Positions 15,860 to 25,091 of a DNA stretch of 64,000 nt are shown here, in pieces. The position numbers and the translations under genes were made by a program. The notes below the pieces were generated by a model. That model made no database searches, was not told where the DNA came from, and saw nothing but the letters and a program-made list of their open reading frames with translations. Position 1 is the stretch's first letter; each line of letters starts with the position of its first letter. The DNA is from Bacteroidetes bacterium CG2_30_33_31. GTDB lineage: Bacteria > Bacteroidota > Bacteroidia > Bacteroidales > UBA1556. The DNA is taken from positions 36,142-100,141 of the forward strand of contig MNXP01000049.1 of assembly GCA_001872625.1 (NCBI GenBank). Direction: 5' to 3'.

Positions 15860-18220
15860 ATGTTTTACAAATTTATTTCAATCGTTGGTATATTATTAAT
15901 ACCAATTTTAGCACAATCACAATTTACTATAAGTGGTAAAATTGTTGATATTCAGACAAATGAAAATCTTCCTGAGGCTCATATCTCATTAGGGAATATG
16001 ACGACATTAAGCAAAAATGATGGAACATTCATCTTGAAAAACATTAAAAAAGGTGAATACGAAATTAAAGTTAGCTATGTTGGATATGCCCAATTCAGTC
16101 AAGTTTTATGGGTTTCAGAAAACAGAACTTTAGAAGTAAAAATGCAAATTTCAACAATTATGGAAGATGCAATTACTATAACTGCTTATAGAGCTCATGA
16201 AAATTCAGGTACTAGTTTTACAAATATCAGTAAAATGGAAATTATAAAATCCGACTTGGGAAAGGATTTACCATATTTGATTGATATGACTCCATCAGTT
16301 GTAAGTTCATCTGATGCTGGTGCAGGCATAGGTTATACCGATTTGAAAATTCGTGGCAGCGACATGACGCGAATCAATGTAACTATAAATGGAATTCCAC
16401 TCAACGACCCTGAAGGACAAGGTGTATGGTTTGTTGATTTGCCTGACTTTGCTTCTTCACTTAACAGCATTCAAATTCAGCGTGGTGTGGGTACATCGGT
16501 GAATGGACCTTCATCATTCGGAGCTTCTATAGATTTGCAGACCAATGGATTATCACAACAGCCAACATCTGAAGTGAATCTTTCTTACGGCTCATTTAAT
16601 ACACAGCGTTATCGGATTTCAACTTCTACTGGTCTTATTAATGATAAGTTTTCTTTTGATGTAAGACTTTCAAAACTTAACTCCGATGGTTATATCGACA
16701 GGGCTTTTTCTAATATGAGTTCTTATTATATTTCTGGAGCTTACTATGGTAAAAATAGTATTTTAAGGTTAAATATCTTTTCAGGAAAAGAAAAAACTTA
16801 TCAAGCCTGGAATGGAGTTCCAAAAGATTCACTACTTACAAATAGAACGATGAATTCTTATACATATTCCAATGAAACGGATAATTACAACCAAACTCAA
16901 TATCAGCTGCATTATTCAAAAATGCTAAATAAAAGATGGGTAATTAATACGGCACTACATTATACAAAAGGTAGTGGCTATTATGAAAATTTTGAAAACT
17001 CTAAGAAATTTTCAAAATATGGACTTTTTAATTATATCATTGGAAATGATACTATAACAAAATCAAATCTGATACAACAAAAATGGCTTGACAATGATTT
17101 TTATGGTTTTGTAGCCAATGCAAATTATGATGGTAAAAAACTAAAATTTGTAATCGGTGAAGCTGTAAACAATTTTGAAGGCAATCATTTTGGCAATATT
17201 ATATGGTCGCAATATGCTCTTATGGGCAAGGATTATGAATGGTATAGAAATTACGGTAGAAAATTGGATATAAATATTTATTCAAAAGCAAGTTATTCAT
17301 TAACTGATAAATTTAATGCTTATGTAGATGTACAATATCGAAAAATTAATTACTCTATCAATGGGATTCATGATGATTTGCATGATCTGACATCAGTGCA
17401 TAACTTCAATTTTATTAATCCTAAAGCAGGATTGGTGTATAAATTGAACGCAATAAATGAAGTTTATGCCTCAGCAGCATTAGCAAATAAAGAACCTTCC
17501 AGAAATAATTATCGCGATGCTGATATTGATTATTCACCTAAAGCAGAGCATCTTACCGATTATGAATTTGGATATGCATTCAATGGAAGTAATAAATTAT
17601 TTCGTCTAAACTTCTATTTGATGCAATATAAAGATCAGCTTGTAGCCACGGGAAAGGTGAATAATGTTGGCGAAGCAATTATGGTAAATGTTGATAAATC
17701 ATTCAGAAGAGGAATAGAATTTATTGCAAGCTGGCAACAATCGAAATTTTTCGACTGGAATTTTAATACCACTTTAAGCCAGAACAAAATTGCAAAATTC
17801 ACAAGCTTTGTGGATAATTGGGATACCTGGGGACAAGAATCTATAATACTTAAAAATACTGATATTTCATTTTCACCAAGCATCATAGTGAAAAATTCTT
17901 TTGATTTTCATGTAGCTAAAGCTTTGAATATCTCATTTTTATCAAAATATATCGGCCGACAGTTTATTGATAACACCTCAAACATAAACCGCAGTTTAAA
18001 CCCATATTTTGTATCAGATTTGATTTTTAATTACTCAATTAAGTTTGAATCCTTCAAAGAAATTGTGTTAAATTTTAGTCTTAATAATGTTTTCAACGAA
18101 ATGTATGAAAGCAACGCATGGGTTTATCGTTACATTTCTGGCAATCAAGAATATGAAATGAATGGTTATTTTCCACAAGCAGGAATAAATTTTTTGGCTG
18201 GAATTTCTCTCAAATTTTAA
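15860..18220 (+). CDS. TonB-dependent outer-membrane receptor with N-terminal carboxypeptidase-regulatory-like domain (candidate thiamine/thiamine-precursor transporter)
   Basis: 786 aa. Signal peptide, then FTISGKIVD......L.EA.I (CarbopepD_reg-like). Plug motifs DLKIRGS......V.INGIPLNDPEG. Long beta-barrel ending in an aromatic residue (..GISLKF). The gene is preceded by the TPP riboswitch. Confidence 0.85.
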   Translation: MFYKFISIVGILLIPILAQSQFTISGKIVDIQTNENLPEAHISLGNMTTLSKNDGTFILKNIKKGEYEIKVSYVGYAQFSQVLWVSENRTLEVKMQISTIMEDAITITAYRAHENSGTSFTNISKMEIIKSDLGKDLPYLIDMTPSVVSSSDAGAGIGYTDLKIRGSDMTRINVTINGIPLNDPEGQGVWFVDLPDFASSLNSIQIQRGVGTSVNGPSSFGASIDLQTNGLSQQPTSEVNLSYGSFNTQRYRISTSTGLINDKFSFDVRLSKLNSDGYIDRAFSNMSSYYISGAYYGKNSILRLNIFSGKEKTYQAWNGVPKDSLLTNRTMNSYTYSNETDNYNQTQYQLHYSKMLNKRWVINTALHYTKGSGYYENFENSKKFSKYGLFNYIIGNDTITKSNLIQQKWLDNDFYGFVANANYDGKKLKFVIGEAVNNFEGNHFGNIIWSQYALMGKDYEWYRNYGRKLDINIYSKASYSLTDKFNAYVDVQYRKINYSINGIHDDLHDLTSVHNFNFINPKAGLVYKLNAINEVYASAALANKEPSRNNYRDADIDYSPKAEHLTDYEFGYAFNGSNKLFRLNFYLMQYKDQLVATGKVNNVGEAIMVNVDKSFRRGIEFIASWQQSKFFDWNFNTTLSQNKIAKFTSFVDNWDTWGQESIILKNTDISFSPSIIVKNSFDFHVAKALNISFLSKYIGRQFIDNTSNINRSLNPYFVSDLIFNYSIKFESFKEIVLNFSLNNVFNEMYESNAWVYRYISGNQEYEMNGYFPQAGINFLAGISLKF

Positions 18221-18239
18221 GAAATTAATGATGAAATAT

Positions 18240-18280
18240 TGCCATCAAGAAAATTGAATTATTCAATTATCTTGATGGCA
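18240..18280. terminator. long hairpin between convergent genes (bidirectional terminator candidate)
   Basis: tgccatcaaga / tcttgatggca form a perfect 11-bp stem enclosing an inner attgaat/attcaat stem. The hairpin is followed by tttattt. Confidence 0.65.
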
Positions 18281-18315
18281 TTTATTTAAACTTATTTTTG
18301 GATAAACATTTATAA

Positions 18316-20199
18316 TCATCTGTCTTTTAATCCAATAAAAATATTTATTTTTTGTGCTTTAATGAATTCTTTTTTAGAATTCCAAATATAGATTTTTACC
18401 CAATTATGATTCATTTTCATCTCAATAAATTTATGAAAAAGAGCCTCATTTTTAATGTTTTTACTGGAAATATATTTTAGTGGAAGAGATTGCCACAGCT
18501 TTGAATTTCCATTCACATCTTGAATATCTACTACAAGGTGGCAAGCCGAGGTGTCGGCGCTTGACTCAAAATTATAACGGCAATAAATTTCCAATGTTTT
18601 CTTAGAAAATTTTGGCAATTTTATTTTGCTTGGGCAATAATATTCATCATTTGAGTATATATTTTCATTGATATTCAATGAATTATTATTAATGAAGTTT
18701 ATTGAATCGTTTTTTATAGAATGGCGATTAAATAAATATATAGAGCTAATGTCAGCAAAATGTTTCTCATAAATTATATCTGGAAACTTTGATTCAATTA
18801 TCGACAAAGTCATTGATGAAGAATTATTTTGAAGGTCAGAAAAAGAAATATAATCAGCTGTAGTTGTGTCAAGTATGCTTTTTAATTTCCACAAATCGGC
18901 ATTAGATTTATAGGAACTTCCAGAGAAATTAATTTCCTTTCCGAAACTTTTTTCATAAAATTTGAAATATTCCAAAGTATTTACATTCGCAAGATTCAAA
19001 ATTTTTTGATTTTTAAATTTGTTCTGCCAATCATTTAAAATTTCTGTAATTGCTTTAAATTCAGCAAAATGCTGTTTTTGATAATATTTTTCAAACAAGA
19101 AAGTATCTGCTGATATCGTTGTAAAAAGCAATATAAAGACAACAGAATTTGATGTGCTGAAATTTTTAGGAATGAATGAAAAAATAAAAGCCAGAAAAAA
19201 TGGCATCGAAAAAATTAGAACACTATTTTGCAAGACAGGATTGATAAATTTAGAGTACAAAAATCCTATCAAAAATGGCAATAAAAACCATGTTAGCAAA
19301 ACAAATTGTAGAGAAGAAAATCGAAATTTAATTTTAAAATTTAGGATATAAATTGCAGAAATAATGGCAATAAGAAAAGCGAAAAGGTAAATGGAATTAT
19401 TGAAAATGTAGATAATGTGATGCCAAATCCAAAGATTATCGGGGGCTCCCAACCATTGACCAACGCCACCGAGACTCAGCTGGTGCATTGTGATTTGGAG
19501 ATGTGGAATAAAAAGAATTATGCTGCCAATACCACTTGCCAAATAGTATTTTATAATTGATTTATTAAGATAAAATAAACCAGTTATGCCGATTATTACA
19601 ACTGTGAGACTTGCAAAATAATGTGTATAAAGGCTTAAAGCCCAACTTACTGAAAGCAAAAATGCTAAAAGAATTTTCTTTGATTTAGAATTGTGATTTA
19701 CAAAAATCAGTTCTGCCCAAAAATAGGTAGCCATAAGCACAAAAGTTAATCCTATGCCATAAGGTCTTGCAATTTGAGAATAGAGTATTGGAAATTCGAG
19801 AAATGCAATGGCTGCAGCAAGGAAAAGGGCAGGAGAGTAACCAAATAATCTCTTCATAAAAAGAAATGCAAATAATGGAGCAAAACAACTTATTAAAACA
19901 AACGGAAAACGTATTGAACTGACTGTTAGTCCAAAATATTTTGTCCAAAAATAGAGTAATATTTCTGCTCCAGCAGGATGACCATCAGGTCTTATACCAT
20001 TATCAATCACTTCAGATAAGCTATTGAAATTTAATCTGATCACTGCACTAAGCTCATCATTAGAAAGTGAAAACTCATTATAATTGTAAAAGCGAAAAAA
20101 AATGGCAAAAACCATTATTATTAATAGCCAAATATTTTCTATATGAAAATAGTTTTTCAAATTATTTAGCTGATAAAAGTCGCTGACGAACAGCTTCAT
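18316..20199 (-). CDS. GT-C fold membrane glycosyltransferase, family 39 / ArnT-PMT-like
   Basis: More than 10 predicted TM helices, then a soluble C-terminal region of about 230 aa. The first periplasmic loop has ..SNDELSAV...DGHPAG.. (the DE motif of GT39-like enzymes). The start is uncertain: the ORF opens at 20229, ATG 20199 (chosen here) still overlaps rlmB by 38 nt, and ATG 20115 would cut into TM1. Confidence 0.65.
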   Translation of the reverse strand: MKLFVSDFYQLNNLKNYFHIENIWLLIIMVFAIFFRFYNYNEFSLSNDELSAVIRLNFNSLSEVIDNGIRPDGHPAGAEILLYFWTKYFGLTVSSIRFPFVLISCFAPLFAFLFMKRLFGYSPALFLAAAIAFLEFPILYSQIARPYGIGLTFVLMATYFWAELIFVNHNSKSKKILLAFLLSVSWALSLYTHYFASLTVVIIGITGLFYLNKSIIKYYLASGIGSIILFIPHLQITMHQLSLGGVGQWLGAPDNLWIWHHIIYIFNNSIYLFAFLIAIISAIYILNFKIKFRFSSLQFVLLTWFLLPFLIGFLYSKFINPVLQNSVLIFSMPFFLAFIFSFIPKNFSTSNSVVFILLFTTISADTFLFEKYYQKQHFAEFKAITEILNDWQNKFKNQKILNLANVNTLEYFKFYEKSFGKEINFSGSSYKSNADLWKLKSILDTTTADYISFSDLQNNSSSMTLSIIESKFPDIIYEKHFADISSIYLFNRHSIKNDSINFINNNSLNINENIYSNDEYYCPSKIKLPKFSKKTLEIYCRYNFESSADTSACHLVVDIQDVNGNSKLWQSLPLKYISSKNIKNEALFHKFIEMKMNHNWVKIYIWNSKKEFIKAQKINIFIGLKDR

Positions 20200-20926
20200 A
20201 CAATAAGATTGAGGCAGCCGATGCCACATTTAGTGACTCAATTTCGCCAAGAATAGGAATGGCAACTCTCTCATCTGAAAGCGCCAAATATTCATTGGAA
20301 ACTCCGTTGCCTTCCGAACCCATTATTATTGCAGTAGGTTTTGTGAAGTCGGTAGAATAATAAAGTGTATCAGTTTTTTCGGTGGCTGCAACTATTTGCA
20401 AACCGCTGTTTTTAAGATATTTAATTGAATCTTTAAGGTTCTTTTCGCGGCAAAGAGGAATTTTTAATAGTGCTCCAGCGGAAGTTTTAACTGCATCGGC
20501 ATTTAGCTGAGCCGAATTTTGTAGTGGAAAAACAATAGCATCTGCACTCGCGCATTCAGCAGTACGTGAGATGGCTCCCAAATTTCTAACATCAGTTACC
20601 TTATCAAGAATAATTATTAAAGGATTTTTTCCAGATTCAAATATGCTTGTAATTACTTCATCGAGTGGCATATAACTAATCAATGAAGCAAACCCAATGA
20701 CTCCTTGATGATTCTTGCGCGTGATTCTGTCCAATTTCTGAACAGGCACATACTGAAAATGAATTTCATTTTGCCGAATTAACTGAAAAAGTTCTTTGAA
20801 AAGGTCGTTGCTTAAGCCTTTTTGCAAAAGTATTTTATCAAATTCTTTCCCTGATTTTATTGATTCTATTATTGGGTGTAAGCCATAAATAAAGTCATTT
20901 TCGCTTGGTGTTTTTTTGTATTCCAT
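20162..20926 (-). CDS. rlmB: 23S rRNA (guanosine-2'-O)-methyltransferase, SpoU/TrmH family (RlmB-like)
   Basis: 254 aa with an N-terminal SpoU_sub_bind-type region (IYGLHPIIESIKSG). SpoU motifs: LDKVTDVRNLGAISRTAE, IIMGSEGNGVS, IPILGEIESLNVASAASILLYE. Confidence 0.8.
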   Translation of the reverse strand: MEYKKTPSENDFIYGLHPIIESIKSGKEFDKILLQKGLSNDLFKELFQLIRQNEIHFQYVPVQKLDRITRKNHQGVIGFASLISYMPLDEVITSIFESGKNPLIIILDKVTDVRNLGAISRTAECASADAIVFPLQNSAQLNADAVKTSAGALLKIPLCREKNLKDSIKYLKNSGLQIVAATEKTDTLYYSTDFTKPTAIIMGSEGNGVSNEYLALSDERVAIPILGEIESLNVASAASILLYEAVRQRLLSAK

Positions 20927-20940
20927 TGTATTTTAATAAT

Positions 20941-22200
20941 TTATCGCCTCCACACTTCCATTGCCGAACTCCAGCTATTATAATATGTGGTTGACCTATC
21001 AAGTCTAAAATCGTTTTCGGTAAATGGATTATCCACTTCAACAAAATTAAAACTAATTGTTTGCATTTTGGATGCTGTTCCATAAAACCAAGTTTCCAAA
21101 CCAGTATTTTTATAAACTCTTTCAGGTGGTCCCATCACAATATAAAGCATTCCTCTATCAGTCATCCAGCCTTCGCGGTCGGCAGAAAAAAGTACATTTG
21201 CTTGCTGAACTCTATTATAATAAATTGAAATCATCGATCTGGCCCGCGCAGAACTCGAACTTATTTGAAGCCAAAAGTCGTCGACGGATTTCTTCTTATT
21301 TTCACTTGAAAAAAGTTTTTTAAATTCACTGTTAGTAGTTATATATCGCAGAGGCATAAGCATTTGCATTGGGGTACTTACAAAAGGATAAGCTGTTGTA
21401 TGTACATAAATTGTAAAGCCATCTTGTTTGCTCGAATCTTTATAAAAATGATAAAAGCCTTGTCTATTAAACTCTATTATTTCAGATTTTCCATTAGTAA
21501 GATTAATTGTGAAAGAGCTGTCGGGTTTGAGTTTTATAATGTCTTTTTGTGGATTGTTACTCGTGGGTGGATTGGCTGCTTCAAAAAAACCTTCAAAAAA
21601 AACTCCATATAATATTTTAGTTTTCAGCTGATTATAAACAATTTTGTACTTAGTTTGGCGACTAACATAATTATTCATTAATGGTAAACCATCCATCGCC
21701 ATTAAATAAAAATTATGTCTATTGAGATAGTCTGACTTTTTAATTTCTATAATTTTAACAACTTCTTTTTTAGAGTTCAAATCCTTTAACATTAATCGAA
21801 GAATATAATTTTTGCCATATTTTGCTGGAATATCAAAATATCCCAAACTACTATTATTTTTATTATAATTATCTGAATCGTAAAATGTTATAGAAGCACT
21901 ATCGATTATTTCTTTGCCAGAGTAATCATTCATTAACTCATAATTGAGCAAATATTTTGTTGTGAAAACGCTGGAATCTACATTAGGAATATATTTAAAA
22001 TCATTAAAATTAAATTGGTAATAAATACTTGTAGTCGTATCATTTACATGAAAAACTTTGTACTGTGGGCTCAAGGGATTATCAAGCGAATATTGCTCCG
22101 CAAGATTTTCTTTTTCCAAATGTTTCTTATCGGAAGAGCTCAATGTTGTCATTAAAAAACAAATAAATGCCAACGAAATATAATTTCTATAATTCTTCAT
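20941..22200 (-). CDS. GWxTD domain-containing secreted protein
   Basis: The C-terminal region contains REGWMTDRGMLYIVMGPPERVY (GWxTD motif). Signal peptide MKNYRNYISLAFICFLMTTLSSS. The ORF opens at 22227; I prefer ATG 22200, which gives a smaller overlap with rmuC. Confidence 0.75.
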   Translation of the reverse strand: MKNYRNYISLAFICFLMTTLSSSDKKHLEKENLAEQYSLDNPLSPQYKVFHVNDTTTSIYYQFNFNDFKYIPNVDSSVFTTKYLLNYELMNDYSGKEIIDSASITFYDSDNYNKNNSSLGYFDIPAKYGKNYILRLMLKDLNSKKEVVKIIEIKKSDYLNRHNFYLMAMDGLPLMNNYVSRQTKYKIVYNQLKTKILYGVFFEGFFEAANPPTSNNPQKDIIKLKPDSSFTINLTNGKSEIIEFNRQGFYHFYKDSSKQDGFTIYVHTTAYPFVSTPMQMLMPLRYITTNSEFKKLFSSENKKKSVDDFWLQISSSSARARSMISIYYNRVQQANVLFSADREGWMTDRGMLYIVMGPPERVYKNTGLETWFYGTASKMQTISFNFVEVDNPFTENDFRLDRSTTYYNSWSSAMEVWRR

Positions 22201-23659
22201 ATTCTGATTCTTCATTATTTTCTGCAATTTCGAGTGAGGATTGGAAACTTGTATCCAATTTTTTCTTTGGCTTTACGCCCAATTTTCTGAGTTTTTCAAC
22301 GCGTGAAACAAGATTACCTTTGCCAGTGGAAAGCTTGTTTTTAGCATTTTCGAAGTTTTCATTAATTTTATTCATGCTTTTTGATATTATGTCTAAATCT
22401 TCATAAAAACCGACAAATTTATCGTAGAGAGCAGCCGCAGAATCAGCGATAAGCTGTGAATTTTTATTCTGATCATCGTGCTTCCAAAGTTCGCTAATCA
22501 TTTTCAAAGCAGCAATGAGATTAGTAGGGCTCATTAGTACAACCCTCTTTTCAAAAGCATTATTCCAAAGGCTTGCATCCGACTGAATAGCAAGAATATA
22601 TGCAGGTTCTATTGGCATAAACATCATCACGAAATCGGGACTCCCTGGAAAATTATCTTGATAATTTTTAGAACTCAATTCTTTAATTCTATCCTTAACA
22701 GCGGATAGATGAGCTTCAAGAAAACGCTTTTTATCGATCATATTTTCGGCAGATGAATAAGATTCGTAAGCTCTCAGACTAACCTTTGAATCTATTATTA
22801 TAAATCTTTCGTCAGGATATTTGACCACAAAATCAGGTCGCAAAGCATTGCCATCTTCATCTCTAACAGTTTCTTGTTTTACATATTCGCGTCCCAGACT
22901 TAACCCAGACTCACTCAAAATATTATCCAGAATCATTTCCCCCCAATCGCCTTGTGTTTTGCTCTCTCCTTTAAGGGCGATTGTGAGATTGTTAGCATCA
23001 TCAGATAGCTTTATATTCATCTCATTAAGGTGTTTTATTTCTTCTTTTAAATTAAATCTTTCTTTGCTTTCATTCTCATAAGATTCGCGCACCTGTTTGC
23101 TAAAATTATTTATCTTTTCCTTCAAAGGTTCAATAAGCTCAGAAATATCTTTTTTGCCAATTTCGGAGAATTTTTTGCTTTTTTCCTCGAGAATTTCTTG
23201 AGCCATATTTTTAAATTCATTCTTAAAATTCTCTTCTATTTTAAGAAATTTTTCTTCTTGATTTTTTATTACAGCATTCCTTTCTTCAAGAAGCATTCTT
23301 AGACTTTTATTTTCCCCTCCAAGTTCACTGACAGTTTTTATTGATGTGTTTTCGTTAAGATTTTTTTCTTTATTTACATCAACTAAAAGTTTGTCTTTTT
23401 CCAATAATCTATCATCTAAATCTTTAATTTTCTGTTCAAAACTATTTTCCTTTTCTAATATCCTTTGCTGCAAATATTCATTTTTTTTTGTCAAGTCAGA
23501 TGATTCTAATACTCTAATATTCAGATGTTCAGAAATGTTTTTTAGTTGTGCTTCCACCACTATTTTCTCTGATATTGCTGCTTTTGTTTTAGTGTTGAAT
23601 ATAAAAAATGCCACTAAGAAACCTAAGATTAGTGATGCTAAAATGTATATTATTTCCAT
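22187..23659 (-). CDS. rmuC: DNA recombination protein RmuC
   Basis: 490 aa with an N-terminal TM helix, a long coiled coil, and a C-terminal RmuC nuclease-like region (...RPDFVVKYPDERFIIIDSKVSL.AY....FMPIEPAY...). Confidence 0.85.
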   Translation of the reverse strand: MEIIYILASLILGFLVAFFIFNTKTKAAISEKIVVEAQLKNISEHLNIRVLESSDLTKKNEYLQQRILEKENSFEQKIKDLDDRLLEKDKLLVDVNKEKNLNENTSIKTVSELGGENKSLRMLLEERNAVIKNQEEKFLKIEENFKNEFKNMAQEILEEKSKKFSEIGKKDISELIEPLKEKINNFSKQVRESYENESKERFNLKEEIKHLNEMNIKLSDDANNLTIALKGESKTQGDWGEMILDNILSESGLSLGREYVKQETVRDEDGNALRPDFVVKYPDERFIIIDSKVSLRAYESYSSAENMIDKKRFLEAHLSAVKDRIKELSSKNYQDNFPGSPDFVMMFMPIEPAYILAIQSDASLWNNAFEKRVVLMSPTNLIAALKMISELWKHDDQNKNSQLIADSAAALYDKFVGFYEDLDIISKSMNKINENFENAKNKLSTGKGNLVSRVEKLRKLGVKPKKKLDTSFQSSLEIAENNEESEYEEL

Positions 23660-23662
23660 AAT

Positions 23663-24841
23663 TTATTTGTTAAGGTTTACCACCCAAATATCTGACCTTC
23701 CTTTGCCTTTTGAAGTTGTAATGCCACATAGGAGAAATCCGCCGTCTTTGGTTGCCAATATTTTTTCAAACTTATCAGTTTTCAAATCCCCAAGTGTCAT
23801 TTCCCAAATGGGAATACCTTGTTCAGTGATGGCCATAATCCAACCATCAAAATCACCTTCGCCTTTTGAAGCTGTGTAACCAGCGACATAATAGATATTT
23901 CCACTTTTTATCACCGAGGTAAATTTATCGTCTTTTTTACCGCCGAAATTTTTACTATAATAGGAATCGAACTCAGAGTTTAATCGTAAAATCCATCCGT
24001 CAAAAATGCCATTGCTATTGCTCATGCTGGCACCAACAATAAAAAATCCATTTTCGGAAGTAAACGAAAAAGAATTTCCATATTCGTATTCATTGCCTCC
24101 GAAGAATTTATTGCCTTTAATCATGCCTCTATCTTCAAGAACCCTTATTAAATATGCATCTCCAGAACCATTTCCGAAACTCGTGGTAGTGCCTAAAACA
24201 TAGTATGTGCTATCGATTATACTTTGCTTTACATCTGCTATAAAATCAGCATTTTTACCTCCAATATTTCTTTTCCAAAGCAAAGCACCATGCTCTTTGC
24301 CTTGAGAATCTTGGTCTATTTTTATCATCCAAAAATCCATATTTCCTGCTCCAACAGATTTAGTATTTCCAGAAAGCATTAACTTGCCATCTATGCCAAG
24401 AGTTATTTTTGATGCGATATCATCTTGCTTACCGCCATAAGCTTTTGACCATTTTTCCTTACCATTTTCATCAGCTAATATTAGCCAAAAGTCGGATTTT
24501 CCAGCACCAATACTTTGAGTATAACCTGTAAAAGCTATATCGCCATTGGGCATTTCTACAACATCCATTATTTCATCATCTTGAGCGCCACCATAAACTT
24601 CGTCCCATATTAACTCGCCAGAAGTATTGATTTTTACTGCCCAGCCATCTTTTTTACCAGAGCCTTTTGAGTCGGTAAAACCTACTATTAGATAATTGCC
24701 ATCATTTAAAATAATTGCAGAATTTGCAACATCATTTCCTGTGCTCCCATAAGTTTCATCCCATTTACTTTGCAATTGAGCACTTAGACTTGTGCTTAAG
24801 ATCGAAAGAATAAATATTGTTAAGTATCTCATTTTAAACAT
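23663..24841 (-). CDS. secreted seven-repeat beta-propeller-like protein
   Basis: 392 aa with a signal peptide (..LSTSLSAQ). It has seven units of about 50 aa with the pattern W...YGG...D.......dG.....G.T.S.G.G..D.W..... Confidence 0.7.
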   Translation of the reverse strand: MFKMRYLTIFILSILSTSLSAQLQSKWDETYGSTGNDVANSAIILNDGNYLIVGFTDSKGSGKKDGWAVKINTSGELIWDEVYGGAQDDEIMDVVEMPNGDIAFTGYTQSIGAGKSDFWLILADENGKEKWSKAYGGKQDDIASKITLGIDGKLMLSGNTKSVGAGNMDFWMIKIDQDSQGKEHGALLWKRNIGGKNADFIADVKQSIIDSTYYVLGTTTSFGNGSGDAYLIRVLEDRGMIKGNKFFGGNEYEYGNSFSFTSENGFFIVGASMSNSNGIFDGWILRLNSEFDSYYSKNFGGKKDDKFTSVIKSGNIYYVAGYTASKGEGDFDGWIMAITEQGIPIWEMTLGDLKTDKFEKILATKDGGFLLCGITTSKGKGRSDIWVVNLNK

Positions 24842-25091
24842 TTTTTAAAAAAATATATTATTATTATTCTAAATTTGTCAGAACTGTAAAGATATATAAA
24901 TTGTTAATTGATAAAGTTTTAAATTGAATATTGTAAATCTTTTTCTTGGAAAAATATTTTTAAGAACTTTCATTTTCAAATAATATGCGCTTCAATTTTA
25001 TATTTCAAAATCACATTAACCCATATTTTCAAATCAAAAATAAGTAGAATAAAATTATTGAAAATCTTACAAATTCAATATGGGCAATATT

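Noticed and set aside
22187-23659. RmuC (and the HD-domain protein at 59707..60942) as parts of an anti-phage system.
   Set aside because: Both are single, widely conserved housekeeping-type genes embedded among core genes. There are no adjacent ATPase, nuclease, methylase or toxin partners, and no signs of a mobile island.
23346-23879. A 177-aa plus-strand ORF from the track.
   Set aside because: It runs antisense across the junction of two well-supported minus-strand genes (rmuC and the propeller protein). Its translation is low-complexity (S/F/L-rich), typical of a shadow ORF in AT-rich DNA.
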